Below are positions 1 to 10,167 of a DNA stretch of 64,000 nt, in pieces; the stretch's first letter is position 1; each line of letters begins with the position of its first letter. The stretch is from a virus. Made by a program: the position numbers and the translations under genes. Where the stretch lies: positions 1 through 64,000 of IMG/VR virus record IMGVR_UViG_3300044620_000614. One strand, 5' to 3'. The notes beneath the pieces were generated by a model. The model had not been told where the DNA came from. It saw only the letters and a program-made list of their open reading frames with translations, and ran no database searches.

Positions 1-558
1 TGAATACACCCAATGTTTGTATGAATTGTATTCAGTATTTTTATTATAATCTACTATTCTATCTCCCATGAGAATTATCTTACCATTGTAGCAATTTAAA
101 TATTTAATAAGATATTGGATGTTTGAATCATTCAATGTTTTATCGTATTCACGAATTTTTACATTTATCACAACATAATTATAATTTGGTTTTTCAAAAT
201 CTTCCTTATGTACTATAAAACTTAAATCTTTTGGTTTAAATTCAACATCTAATAATTTAGAATAATCATGAGTACAAATAGATCCAGTATCCAAAGGATC
301 ATCTATTAGTTGAAATCTAGGATCTTTAAATACACATTTTGCTAATGACTGTGTAAATTTATGCAAAGATTCAGAATATTTATTATCATTTCTATAAAAA
401 TATAAAACACCATAATCTATCCTAATTTTAACAGACTCAAATCTATTAAATAATTCACTACCATAAATGTAACAATTTATTAGATCACCTATACCCGGAT
501 TAGTTTGTAAGTGTGGTATATTGGATTTGAAAATATGTTTTTTAATAGTTTCTATCAT
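1..558 (-). CDS. Partial gene running off the window edge, probably glycosyltransferase-like (MIETIKKHIFKSNIPHLQTNPGIGDLINC...)
   Basis: ATGA overlap with the upstream ORF stop at 555-558; GIGD motif resembles GLGD of the neighbour. Confidence 0.55.
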   Translation of the reverse strand, partial: MIETIKKHIFKSNIPHLQTNPGIGDLINCYIYGSELFNRFESVKIRIDYGVLYFYRNDNKYSESLHKFTQSLAKCVFKDPRFQLIDDPLDTGSICTHDYSKLLDVEFKPKDLSFIVHKEDFEKPNYNYVVINVKIREYDKTLNDSNIQYLIKYLNCYNGKIILMGDRIVDYNKNTEYNSYKHWVYS

Positions 559-1409
559 TCTTTATGATATCCCTGTATTGTAAATGTATTATTTGCTCCT
601 TGATACATTGGATATTTTCTTTTGCATAATATTTCGGAACAATCTTGCCATATTAAATTCCAATCATGTATGGAATTGTTTCCCCAAATTGCTCCTCTCC
701 ATGCATGTAAATTTAATTTTGGTTTGCTCATGTCATATATTTTAGCTTCTATTAGACAACGAATAGAACTTTCCATTAAATGTAATTCTGAGGCATTTTC
801 CAAAACTTTGCCCAAATCCATTATGCTATAGTTTTTTGGATTATCTATTATTTTTATTTTGCTATTTAAACATTTTCTACTAGGAGCAATCATTTGTCGC
901 GTCATATCATCAATTGCAACAAAAATATACTCTTCATTATTTGGATTTAATTCTGTATAAACTTGATTTTCTCTCTCAATGTCTCTATCAAAAGAAAAAC
1001 CATCAAATCGTAGTTCATATGGAACTTGTGTTTGCATATAAAAACATTGATCACAAGAAACATGTTGTGATATTTTTTTATGACATTCATTTTCCATCCA
1101 ACTAAAACCTACTTGATAATAATCTCCACTATTTCCAGTTAACCAATCGACTACACCATTATGATGCAAAGAAACTCCACAATTTTTTAAATATTCATTT
1201 ACTTGTTTCTGCTCGTTAGTATGTCCCTTTAGTGGTATCAATTCTACTTTTTTGTTAAAGTATAGTTTTTTTAAATTTTCTAGATTATGCTCCCAACAAA
1301 ATAAAAACATCTTATCAACATTCCATCTTTTAATAAGTTCCAAAACCATTCCATTACAACAAAAATGATCACCTAGACCCATGTGATGGTGTAAATATTT
1401 TATTTTCAT
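555..1409 (-). CDS. Putative glycosyltransferase (GT-B-like, HHHMGLGD N-terminus)
   Basis: GLGD motif and late HLMESS motif; member of a translationally coupled sugar-modification cluster. Confidence 0.55.
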   Translation of the reverse strand: MKIKYLHHHMGLGDHFCCNGMVLELIKRWNVDKMFLFCWEHNLENLKKLYFNKKVELIPLKGHTNEQKQVNEYLKNCGVSLHHNGVVDWLTGNSGDYYQVGFSWMENECHKKISQHVSCDQCFYMQTQVPYELRFDGFSFDRDIERENQVYTELNPNNEEYIFVAIDDMTRQMIAPSRKCLNSKIKIIDNPKNYSIMDLGKVLENASELHLMESSIRCLIEAKIYDMSKPKLNLHAWRGAIWGNNSIHDWNLIWQDCSEILCKRKYPMYQGANNTFTIQGYHKE

Positions 1410-2170
1410 GTATTATCCTTGTAAAAATTAATATCTTCATCGCTTACGCTTTCTATTCTTCCAATATAATCATTATCATAATTATCGTATTTTTTATATT
1501 CTTGAGAGCGTTGTTCTTTGGTGGTAGCATTCAAATACATCAATATATCGTTTTGAATAAATTCTCGCATTGGTTCTTTTCTTGGTATTGGAAATTTTTT
1601 AGCACCTTCTCCAAAACGATCCATAAAATCATGAACCAATGAATTATTTTTTACCAGAGGATAAATGACCTCTTTTAAAAATTCTTGATCTATATTTTTT
1701 CTATTGTTTGTTTCTTTTCTACTATAATTATCTATCAATGATTTCATATTTGGTACTGCTCCTTGCATTGCACCCCACATTCCACCCATAATTTTGGCAC
1801 TATGTGAGCGATGATCTCTCATTATATGAAACATTTTTTTACTTGCAATCCATTCATCAACTGCTGCTTTATCTCTTATGTTTAAATAACTGTCACAGTC
1901 TCTAGAAATCATAATATCTACGGTTGGATCGCTTGCTGGATAAAATCTCCAAAACATACCATTCCAACCCTCATCTTCGCCCATCAAAACAATTTCAGAA
2001 TTATCTCTACTGTTTATAAAATTTACAATATTTTGCGGAACATTCGGTGATAAATGGACTCTACAGGTCCAACCTTCAAAAAACTGTTTTGCTAAATCTA
2101 AATTTTTTATTAAATTTATTGTATATTGCGGAGAAGAACCCCACAAACTATATGATATTACTTTTTTCAT
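1406..2170 (-). CDS. Glycosyltransferase-like protein (KKVISYSLWG family, SRDCD DxD motif)
   Basis: SYSLWG, MFWRF, SRDxD, GGMWG and DQxFL motifs. Confidence 0.7.
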   Translation of the reverse strand: MKKVISYSLWGSSPQYTINLIKNLDLAKQFFEGWTCRVHLSPNVPQNIVNFINSRDNSEIVLMGEDEGWNGMFWRFYPASDPTVDIMISRDCDSYLNIRDKAAVDEWIASKKMFHIMRDHRSHSAKIMGGMWGAMQGAVPNMKSLIDNYSRKETNNRKNIDQEFLKEVIYPLVKNNSLVHDFMDRFGEGAKKFPIPRKEPMREFIQNDILMYLNATTKEQRSQEYKKYDNYDNDYIGRIESVSDEDINFYKDNT

Positions 2171-3099
2171 ATTATCTTCTCCGAACCATGTTCGTGCTGT
2201 ACTGGACTAAAACCATACTTGTATTGTTTAATTAAATACTGTTTATAATATTTAAAAATATTTTCTCGTTCTTGTTTTTCTTCTTCACTTAAATTCAGAT
2301 ATTTTATTTCATCTTGTGTTAAAGATTCGACTTTTCCAATATATTTATTATCGTGTTTTAACCCGCAATGCACACAAGTATGGTAACATTCGCCATATTG
2401 TCTGGGAATAGGCATTTTTCGCATCTCATCATTTACATGAGGAAGTCGGCTAAAACCGGGAAACCTCAAACAACCAAATGCAATATCATCATGAGAAATT
2501 ATACTAATTTGATTTGGATCATATGTTCCTAATTTATTAATTTTTTCACAATTTGCATCTATTTCACCAACAGCATACAAATAAACTTTTGAGTTTAAAA
2601 AATCTTGATCGCACCCCTTTCTAGCAGATCCATTTTTTACTTTCTTTAACATAAAATCAATATGAGGTTTAATCCAATTTAAATAACCCCTTTTAGCACC
2701 CCATAATCCACCCATCATTTGGGATTGATGTACGCAAGTATCTCTTATGACATGAAGTTTTTTTGTACTCACTAACCATTGATCCACACACGCTTTTTCT
2801 CTAAAAGAAAGTCGGCTATCGGTATCTCTACTTAGCATTACCTCAACATCATCTTCTGTGGCAGGATAAAAACGATAAAGCATTCCACCCCAACCAACAT
2901 TATCATTGTAAAATACAATTTCTACATTATCTTGTTTTTTTAATTCTTCAACTACCCATTGAGGAACTGATGGTTCGTGAATATAAAAACGACATATCCA
3001 TCCGGGATATATTTCTTTTGCTTGTTTTGCGTTCGAAATTGCACCAACGGTATACAGAGGTAAATCTCCCCAAAGACTATATGATATTATTTTTTTCAT
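2167..3099 (-). CDS. Glycosyltransferase-like protein, paralog of 1406-2170
   Basis: Same SYSLWG/SRDTD/GGLWG/DQDFL motifs. Confidence 0.7.
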   Translation of the reverse strand: MKKIISYSLWGDLPLYTVGAISNAKQAKEIYPGWICRFYIHEPSVPQWVVEELKKQDNVEIVFYNDNVGWGGMLYRFYPATEDDVEVMLSRDTDSRLSFREKACVDQWLVSTKKLHVIRDTCVHQSQMMGGLWGAKRGYLNWIKPHIDFMLKKVKNGSARKGCDQDFLNSKVYLYAVGEIDANCEKINKLGTYDPNQISIISHDDIAFGCLRFPGFSRLPHVNDEMRKMPIPRQYGECYHTCVHCGLKHDNKYIGKVESLTQDEIKYLNLSEEEKQERENIFKYYKQYLIKQYKYGFSPVQHEHGSEKII

Positions 3100-3686
3100 T
3101 TATTTCTCTTCATAAACTTTACTGTTTCAGATTTTGCAGAATCAAATTGGTAGATATACATCCGATCACCAATCAGTGCTTCTGTTTTCATTAATCCACT
3201 ATCCCACAAGCGGTGAGAATAATCTTGATCTTCACCGTGAGATATTTCGGGATATCGTACTTGTCTTGCAATACTAGTTTTAATTGTATTCAAATGGTTT
3301 GGTGTGCGAAATTGTATTCCATCTTTGCGGAAATGCCCACCGCAGTTCAAATTATGAATAAATGGTAGATTGTATTTTGGTAAGAAACCAACAAGTTCTA
3401 CGACATCTGGCTTTGATTCTAGTGCTTTTAAAGTTTTAGAAACGTAGATATTCGTGATCATATCATCGTCATCAATAAAGCAAACATATTCACCTCTTGC
3501 TTTGTCCAAGACGGTGTTTCGCTTTTTACCAACACTGTTTTCACCATTATCAGTTTCGGTTATGATCTCAATTTTATCTTGAGCATTTTCTGCTGCAATT
3601 TGTTTATTGAGTTCCGTAAGTAATTGATTATAAACATGCGCGCGTTTTGGTAAATGTAAAATACCTATAGTCCATAATATACTCAT
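3096..3686 (-). CDS. Glycosyltransferase family 2
   Basis: KRNxxLDKARGEYVCFIDDDD and GED motifs. Confidence 0.85.
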   Translation of the reverse strand: MSILWTIGILHLPKRAHVYNQLLTELNKQIAAENAQDKIEIITETDNGENSVGKKRNTVLDKARGEYVCFIDDDDMITNIYVSKTLKALESKPDVVELVGFLPKYNLPFIHNLNCGGHFRKDGIQFRTPNHLNTIKTSIARQVRYPEISHGEDQDYSHRLWDSGLMKTEALIGDRMYIYQFDSAKSETVKFMKRNK

Positions 3687-4348
3687 AGTGGAAATCCTCT
3701 TTGTTTTCTTGATTCAAATACTTGTTTATCGCTATGATAAAATTTTTCAGTGTGTTGTCTTAGATTGTCTTTTATATCATTCCAATCATGTGTGATAATT
3801 TTATTGTTTATATCAACAATTTTATTTAAAGATCTGGCAATAACAGTTTGTTCTTCATCACAAAATAAACTAGTGTACTCTGGATGATATATGTAATTAA
3901 ATCTTTTATAGTATGGATTTCCTATAATTGAAAGTACCATAACTTTTGGATATGCATGACCTCCACAATTATAATTTAATGCACCATCTAAATCTGGAAA
4001 ATGCATATTCATATCATTGATTATTATTTCATCAAATCCATGAACTCTTGGTGTCATGTCATCTGAAACTAAAACACAAACTTTCCAACCATCTGTTGGA
4101 ATATTACGATTACATGCATGTATTTTATTTTGACTATCACCGTAATGATATTCCAAATCAATTCGTGATTTCATATCTTCTAAGAAATAGCGCATTGGAT
4201 TATTATTGCAAGTTTCGTCATTCAAATCCATAGAAATAACAAACTTGACTTTATATTTGCCAGATAATTTATTTACATATTCCGAAAGAATACGTTTAAA
4301 TTGATCTGGTCTGGCTCGTGTTGGATATTTAATTAATAAGTCTATCAT
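3683..4348 (-). CDS. GT-A fold glycosyltransferase
   Basis: PTRARP N-terminus, VSDDM DxD-like motif, FCDEE. Confidence 0.7.
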   Translation of the reverse strand: MIDLLIKYPTRARPDQFKRILSEYVNKLSGKYKVKFVISMDLNDETCNNNPMRYFLEDMKSRIDLEYHYGDSQNKIHACNRNIPTDGWKVCVLVSDDMTPRVHGFDEIIINDMNMHFPDLDGALNYNCGGHAYPKVMVLSIIGNPYYKRFNYIYHPEYTSLFCDEEQTVIARSLNKIVDINNKIITHDWNDIKDNLRQHTEKFYHSDKQVFESRKQRGFPL

Positions 4349-5022
4349 AGTAAAGGTTCACTGTTTGGAAAATTATTTGCTTTGCGTTCCCTGTAAATTT
4401 TCTCCGCTACCTTTGTATTTCCTGCTGGAATGGTGGGATGAAATTTATGAGTTCCGCGAAGTCGATGCTCATGGTATTGCTTCAAGTCGCCGCGTATCCA
4501 CAAGCAATTGTATTTAGTTGCAACTTGATATAGTTCCGTATCCGCCCACATGTGCCAATATTCTTCCCACATTGGACCTTTACCTTGATTGATTTTTTCC
4601 CTAAACTCTTTACCCAACCAAGCACTTCCGCAGATTTGTTCACAGGTATCACAAGCCATGCTTCCAAACTTATCACCGTATGGTTGCATTACACCAAAAG
4701 TACCACCAAAATGACGAACAAATTGTAAACGTAGTTGGTGTGCTTCATAATCTGAATCTGGGTACATATCATCACCAGCAGCAATTATTATTTCATAATC
4801 AGACAATAATCCAGATAGGTAATTTACTGCTTTGGGCCAACCTTGATAACCACCAATGCTAGATTCTGCAACGATAATATCGGCTAATCCTGAGTATTGA
4901 GAAAGCAATCTATCTGGAACAATTACGGCAATCTTATAACCTTTACTTTTCCAAACCGGAAAAGTTTTCTTTGCCATTTCTATATTTGCACTGGGTAGTG
5001 CTAACCACACATCTTCTTTCAT
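4345..5022 (-). CDS. GT-A fold glycosyltransferase
   Basis: AGDDM motif, WADTE, cluster context. Confidence 0.65.
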   Translation of the reverse strand: MKEDVWLALPSANIEMAKKTFPVWKSKGYKIAVIVPDRLLSQYSGLADIIVAESSIGGYQGWPKAVNYLSGLLSDYEIIIAAGDDMYPDSDYEAHQLRLQFVRHFGGTFGVMQPYGDKFGSMACDTCEQICGSAWLGKEFREKINQGKGPMWEEYWHMWADTELYQVATKYNCLWIRGDLKQYHEHRLRGTHKFHPTIPAGNTKVAEKIYRERKANNFPNSEPLL

Positions 5023-5630
5023 TTTCCTACCTTTGTTTTAAGTCTTCTGCTTGCTTGCATATGTTCAACTACTACTGGTTGTTCTGGTTCAAACCATTTG
5101 CAGTCAAATACTTTGCAATATGACTGTGGAAAATTAAAAGTACGCAATCCCATTTTATCATAAGATTCCCATACCTTTTGTAAACTTTGTTGCTCCCAAC
5201 GATTGGGATTGTTTCTGCTTTCAACTTTCCATGTATTGATTAGACTTCTTGCAAGCGGAGTATTGTTAAAATACATTGTACCTCCAGCAAGAGCCTCATT
5301 ACCAAGATTCCAAGGTTTTAAGTGTGCATTTTTTGGTTGATTCCAAACATTAGGAATCCAATAACAGCCAAAATCATAATCACCAAGTTTATCAAACAAT
5401 TCTGGTTTATTTCTAAATCTACCATCAGCATCCACCCAAATAACACCACCTTGACATTCATGTAGTGCTTGTTCTATTACTTCGGCTTTCATGGTGCAAT
5501 TATGAACCCAAGAACCTTTACTTTCTTTGGGATATGCTTTTACTGGCAATTGAAAATTGTTGCAAGTCTTAACAAGTTCAATTGCTTCTTCTTTATATTC
5601 TGGTGTATAAAAAGTAATTACAGTTACCAT
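5019..5630 (-). CDS. Nucleotide-diphospho-sugar transferase
   Basis: WVDAD, GGTMY and WEQQSLQ motifs. Confidence 0.75.
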   Translation of the reverse strand: MVTVITFYTPEYKEEAIELVKTCNNFQLPVKAYPKESKGSWVHNCTMKAEVIEQALHECQGGVIWVDADGRFRNKPELFDKLGDYDFGCYWIPNVWNQPKNAHLKPWNLGNEALAGGTMYFNNTPLARSLINTWKVESRNNPNRWEQQSLQKVWESYDKMGLRTFNFPQSYCKVFDCKWFEPEQPVVVEHMQASRRLKTKVGK

Positions 5631-6661
5631 TTTGGTTTTAAATTCTTATCATGGATATGAATCGTATAATCTCTTCTACCAAGTTCAAAATCGTGCTCTG
5701 TCATCATGTTTACTAGACCATCAAAATCTACTTTTGGTTGCCAACCAAGAACGGTTCTTGCTTTTGTAGAATCTCCTAGCAACTGATCTACTTCGGCTGG
5801 ACGATAGTAACGCGGATCAATTTCAACATAATCCTCATAGTTCATGTTATATTTTGAAAATGCTTTTTGACAGAATTCACGAACCGAATACATTTTTCCA
5901 GTTGAAACAACATAATCATCTGGAGTATCTTGTTGTAACATTAGCCACATTGCTTCGACGTAATCCCCGGCAAATCCCCAATCACGCAAAGCGTCTAAAT
6001 TTCCAAGATACAATTTCTTTTGTAATCCTTGATAAATTCTACCAATTGCTCTTGTAATCTTTCTTGTTACGAATGTTTCACCTCTGCGTGGACTTTCGTG
6101 ATTAAAAAGAATACCACAAGAAGCGTGCATTCCATAACTTTCTCGATAGTTTACAGTTAAGTAATGTGCATATACCTTCGCACAACCATAAGGAGAGCGG
6201 GGATAGAATGGTGTAGTTTCCTTTTGCGGAACTTCTTGTACCTTACCAAACATTTCGCTACTGGATGCCTGATAGTAACGAATCTTCTTTCCAGTTCTCT
6301 GCTCATACTCTCGTATTGCTTCCAGAGCATTTAGAGTACCAATACCAACCACTTCACCCGTGTATACTGGAGCATCGAAAGATACTTTAACGTGGCTTTG
6401 CGCTCCAAGATTATAAAACTCGTCTGGGTTATATTTGTTTATTACATTTGAAATTGTATTATAGTCTGATAGATCACCGTAATGTAAAAACAGAGTCTTA
6501 TTATAGACCTCTGGATTGTTCATTAAATGTTCAATTCTTGCTGTATTGAAGGAAGAAGAACGACGAATTATGCCATGTACCTCGTAACCTTTCTCCAACA
6601 AAAGATCTGCGAGATAAGAACCATCTTGACCAGTTATTCCTGTAATTATTGCTTTTTTCAT
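5624..6661 (-). CDS. gmd: GDP-mannose 4,6-dehydratase
   Basis: [36 protein letters not shown]. Confidence 0.97.
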   Translation of the reverse strand: MKKAIITGITGQDGSYLADLLLEKGYEVHGIIRRSSSFNTARIEHLMNNPEVYNKTLFLHYGDLSDYNTISNVINKYNPDEFYNLGAQSHVKVSFDAPVYTGEVVGIGTLNALEAIREYEQRTGKKIRYYQASSSEMFGKVQEVPQKETTPFYPRSPYGCAKVYAHYLTVNYRESYGMHASCGILFNHESPRRGETFVTRKITRAIGRIYQGLQKKLYLGNLDALRDWGFAGDYVEAMWLMLQQDTPDDYVVSTGKMYSVREFCQKAFSKYNMNYEDYVEIDPRYYRPAEVDQLLGDSTKARTVLGWQPKVDFDGLVNMMTEHDFELGRRDYTIHIHDKNLKPKW

Positions 6662-7284
6662 TGTCTATTCACTTTCTGTTCTACTGAAGCTAAACGATGT
6701 AAAATCACTGCACCTTGACGACCGTGCATTCTATCTATCTGACAATAAGACTGTGGTAAAAACTCTGTCTTGGGTTGTATGTCACACCAAGCCTGTTGCA
6801 GAGTCCATTGATCCCAATCCGTTGGTTTTTCGTTTTTTAATTGAATCCATCTATCGCACAGTTTTATACTGTTTTCACAAACTCGCATAAAAATAGTACC
6901 AGAATTAAACCAACATGGAGTAACTGTTTGCGGCCAATTATTAGGTAAATGAATTCGTTCTCTACCAGCCGGTATTTTACTTTTACCGCCTGGTTCTCCC
7001 CGAATCATAAATTCTTGATCACCTAATAAAAACAAATCAGGATATTTCACGATCTCCGCATCGCTGTCGATCCATACTATGCATTCATTCTTTGGTGTTT
7101 GTAACAGCATAGTTTTCATAAACTGTGCCTTTATAGCACAGTTCTTGACCCAAGAACCCATGTCCTCTTGGAGTTGAATTACATAATTCAAAGAATACTT
7201 TTCTAAACTTTTTTCTAAGTTTTTTATAAGTTTAGGATATATTCCAGTATTTGTATAGAAAGATACAAATGTTACTTTGTTCAT
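6658..7284 (-). CDS. Nucleotide-diphospho-sugar transferase, paralog of 5019-5630
   Basis: [26 protein letters not shown]. Confidence 0.75.
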   Translation of the reverse strand: MNKVTFVSFYTNTGIYPKLIKNLEKSLEKYSLNYVIQLQEDMGSWVKNCAIKAQFMKTMLLQTPKNECIVWIDSDAEIVKYPDLFLLGDQEFMIRGEPGGKSKIPAGRERIHLPNNWPQTVTPCWFNSGTIFMRVCENSIKLCDRWIQLKNEKPTDWDQWTLQQAWCDIQPKTEFLPQSYCQIDRMHGRQGAVILHRLASVEQKVNRQ

Positions 7285-8147
7285 TTTTTACGCTTATGTA
7301 GCAAATCAAAATATGTTGTCATATTTACTTTTTTGCGTTCAGCCTCTTGTTGTTTTTTAGCGTTCATCATTTTTCTATATTCATGACGATTTCTGTCAAT
7401 TTCTGACATTTTTTTGGCTTGTTGTTTTTGTTTTACTTCTTCTCGTATTCTTTCAATAGATTGAGAATACGACATTGTTGGACGAACCGGATCATTTTTT
7501 TTTACTTTATCTAAAATGTCATGTGTGAATTTGGGAACAAATTGTTCAAAAATAGGTCCACATTCCCACGAATACCATTCGTATCCTTTTTGTTTTGCAA
7601 CTGGATACCAAGTAACAAGAGCATCTTTTATCTGATCTAATGTCTTTTTAAAATTATGCTGTTTCTTTTTATCAAAATTTTTCAATTCGTATGAATACTT
7701 TGTGTCGAATGATTGTGCTTCTAAATCATTTCCAGCAAAAATAATATTTTTTACTCCAGAAACGTGCAACCACTGTATGGCAAATGTAAGAGTCTTGTGT
7801 GGACCACGCAACAAAGGTTTATACGGATCGAATAGTAAAGTTTCATACTGTCTGTTTGCTTCTCTACCTTCGTGATAGGGATGCATCAATACCGATTTAC
7901 CCGGTGATCTTGGTGTTTTATTTGGTATTACTTTTTGAATTAATTCATTTTCCCAAGCCTCTTTACCCTCATCACCGTGCATCTCATTTAGATGATCGGC
8001 AATAAACCAATAATCCGGAGTTTTTACAGATCGTATTGCTGTGCTAATTGCACATATTGGTAGTCCTAAAGAAAACACATCTACTTTATTTAAAGATGGT
8101 CCAGAACAAGCAACAACACAAGTATCAACTGGAAACTGATAGTTCAT
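7281..8147 (-). CDS. MptE/MAF-like (sialyltransferase-like) fold protein
   Basis: VVACSGPSL N-terminal motif and GVKNIIFAGND. Confidence 0.55.
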   Translation of the reverse strand: MNYQFPVDTCVVACSGPSLNKVDVFSLGLPICAISTAIRSVKTPDYWFIADHLNEMHGDEGKEAWENELIQKVIPNKTPRSPGKSVLMHPYHEGREANRQYETLLFDPYKPLLRGPHKTLTFAIQWLHVSGVKNIIFAGNDLEAQSFDTKYSYELKNFDKKKQHNFKKTLDQIKDALVTWYPVAKQKGYEWYSWECGPIFEQFVPKFTHDILDKVKKNDPVRPTMSYSQSIERIREEVKQKQQAKKMSEIDRNRHEYRKMMNAKKQQEAERKKVNMTTYFDLLHKRKK

Positions 8148-8799
8148 TTACATTTTCCTCGTAATATTCATCTATTGCAGTTTTCAAACTAGCAACATAT
8201 TTGATTGGATCTTTTTGGTATACCATAATAGAACCATCTTCGCATGACATTAGAATTGCGATATTTCTAATGGAAATTCCTGTTCTCTCTTGAAACATTA
8301 TTGCATATGCGGTTGCTTGCATAAAATACTCTTGAATGTCTTTTTCGTCTTTGATTGCTTTGCTTGTTTTAAAATCTATGACAGAGAGTTTCCCATCATA
8401 TTCTGCAATGCAATCAACTCTTCCAGCCATGCGTAGTGTGCTAGACCACAAAGCAGTTTCTATTGCTTTGATATTATTTATCTTGTCCAGTTCTTCCTTG
8501 ATCTGAGCAAACATGTAATAATCACCGGGACGAGATGTTTTCTTCTCTTCGACCACGGCGTCTTCGTTCATCAAATAGTTTTCAATTATGGAATGGAATG
8601 AGGTTCCGCGAGAAAGAACTCGGCGAGACTCGTCTGGATTTTTTCTTCGCCACTCTGCGAAGAACGCTCTCTTTTTCCAACCCGTAATGGTTGTAACCGA
8701 TGGGTATTTGTTGCCATCTGGAGCAACATAATATCTTTTACCGTTTATTTCTTCTGTTTTTAAATTGTCTTCTATCTTCACTATATCATGATTAAACAT
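8125..8799 (-). CDS. PD-(D/E)XK exonuclease (T4-like phage type)
   Basis: YPSVTT, RGTSFH, AGRVDC, IDFKTS, YFMQATAY. Confidence 0.9.
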   Translation of the reverse strand: MFNHDIVKIEDNLKTEEINGKRYYVAPDGNKYPSVTTITGWKKRAFFAEWRRKNPDESRRVLSRGTSFHSIIENYLMNEDAVVEEKKTSRPGDYYMFAQIKEELDKINNIKAIETALWSSTLRMAGRVDCIAEYDGKLSVIDFKTSKAIKDEKDIQEYFMQATAYAIMFQERTGISIRNIAILMSCEDGSIMVYQKDPIKYVASLKTAIDEYYEENVNELSVSS

Positions 8800-8809
8800 A
8801 TGTTCACTT

Positions 8810-9394
8810 TCAATCTAGTTCGGGCATTCCCCGCATTTTCATTTTGAATTTTTTACCCATTCCCGAGGATTGTACTTGGGCAGGATCAAATGTTCTTATA
8901 CCGGATGTTGGAATATAACCAACTGCGGATACTGATTTTTTACCAGTTGAGTGTGGCATTACTGATATAAACCCGTGAGGTCCAGCACTCATACCAGAAA
9001 CTTTATGTGTCTTTTTACCACTCATCAAATAGGTGCTACCGTCTGAATGAGGAACTAAGTAATGTCTTTCCAATTCACCCTCATGCTCATCACCAAACTT
9101 TGGTTCTTTTTGTAAGAACACTGCAACTCCTTTGCCACCCTTCAAATGACCACTTATTGCATCATGAGAGGCTTGTGCTGCTTTTTGTCTTGCCTCGCCG
9201 GTTACTTCTGCGGCGATATTTCTGGGACGGGGTGCAACCTGTGCTTTTGATTTGGCAACATCTCCAGCAAACACGCCGCTCGCATCAGTAGCAGCAGTGT
9301 AAGCCTTGGGTGCAGACTTTCTTGCTTCTTCTAGTTTTTGTTCAATTAATTGGGTTACTTGTCTGAATACAAAAAAGTCGATTGCCATTGCCAT
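8810..9394 (-). CDS. Hypothetical late/virion-associated protein
   Basis: GGAG RBS; CTAAATA late-promoter variant upstream; LEEA cleavage-like motif. Confidence 0.55.
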   Translation of the reverse strand: MAMAIDFFVFRQVTQLIEQKLEEARKSAPKAYTAATDASGVFAGDVAKSKAQVAPRPRNIAAEVTGEARQKAAQASHDAISGHLKGGKGVAVFLQKEPKFGDEHEGELERHYLVPHSDGSTYLMSGKKTHKVSGMSAGPHGFISVMPHSTGKKSVSAVGYIPTSGIRTFDPAQVQSSGMGKKFKMKMRGMPELD

Positions 9395-9445
9395 TACTCC
9401 TGTTATTTACAACTATTTAGTACTCCGGGAACCTCGACCTTTATA

Positions 9446-9480
9446 GATAAAGAACCGGACTCTTTTGGAGTCCGGCTCCC
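9446..9480 (-). terminator. Intrinsic terminator
   Basis: GAGCCGGACTC-CAAAA-GAGTCCGGTTC then TTTAT; the G.U pair forms only on the - strand. Confidence 0.7.
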
Positions 9481-9598
9481 CTGACGGTCGAAAGGTAGCG
9501 AAATTCCTCAAGCGCATGAATAGCGTAATCAATGGTTTCCAGTGTTCGCGGCACTGTCTCCTAATCGATCCCCGGTATTCAAATCCCTCCAACCACCT
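9448..9598 (-). ncRNA. Candidate small RNA complementary to (or, on +, mimicking) the 23S rRNA H69-H70 region
   Basis: + strand carries ACGGTC..AAGGTAGCGAAATTCCT..GCATGAATAGCGTAAT..GCACTGTCTCC; bounded on - by TATAAATA and a hairpin terminator. Confidence 0.6.
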
Positions 9599-9599
9599 C

Positions 9600-9607
9600 T
9601 ATTTATA
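9600..9607 (-). promoter_or_regulatory. T4-type late promoter TATAAATA
   Basis: Exact consensus, with no convincing ORF before the terminator. Confidence 0.75.
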
Positions 9608-9616
9608 ATAGGCAAG

Positions 9617-9829
9617 TTATCTGGCTCTAACATTTATTCGTTTTGCTCTGCGAATATTCTCTTGATTTGCAGTGCTGACCATGACCAGTTCTGGAGCAGT
9701 CTTGTGTGCCCAATCCATAAAACCCATCATTGGCTTTGCTTCTGAGCAACCAACACAGGTATCTACGCCAGGAAGTGCTTCCTGACGAGCCTTGGGAATA
9801 TTCTTTTCACAATTCTTACACTTAGCCAT
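9617..9829 (-). CDS. DksA/TraR-type C4 zinc finger protein
   Basis: CKNCEKNIPKARQEALPGVDTCVGC. Confidence 0.8.
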   Translation of the reverse strand: MAKCKNCEKNIPKARQEALPGVDTCVGCSEAKPMMGFMDWAHKTAPELVMVSTANQENIRRAKRINVRAR

Positions 9830-9832
9830 TTG

Positions 9833-10027
9833 TTACCTCACAAAGAAAGAGTTCTTGACAGTCTTACGCTGAACTGCGAAAAAAGCATCACCGTGCATCT
9901 TTCGCGTCTTAAGTGTCACCTTACCGAGACCCCGTTTGGCAATTTGTGTAGTCACTTGCTTCTTGAAGGCATTACCTTCCCTCTCAGCAGCCATATCAAA
10001 CTCATCCCAATGTCTCTTGCGATTCAT
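9833..10027 (-). CDS. Hypothetical protein
   Basis: GGAG RBS; sigma70-like TTGACT-16-TATACT upstream. Confidence 0.6.
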   Translation of the reverse strand: MNRKRHWDEFDMAAEREGNAFKKQVTTQIAKRGLGKVTLKTRKMHGDAFFAVQRKTVKNSFFVR

Positions 10028-10167
10028 AATATAACTCCAAATAAAAGAGGACGCACTTCTCGTCCTCTAGTATAGTCTTATTTAGTTGTAAGTCAAGTTT
10101 TGGGTCTTAGGTCTTTATGGGCCTGTGTCGCACATACACAGGTATGTAGACTTCGGTATGAGTGGCC

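Noticed and set aside
9481-9561. True rRNA gene fragment, contamination, or intact I-CeuI site
   Set aside because: Match is discontinuous with helix 71 removed, lies within phage promoter/terminator signals, and the I-CeuI sequence is substantially altered
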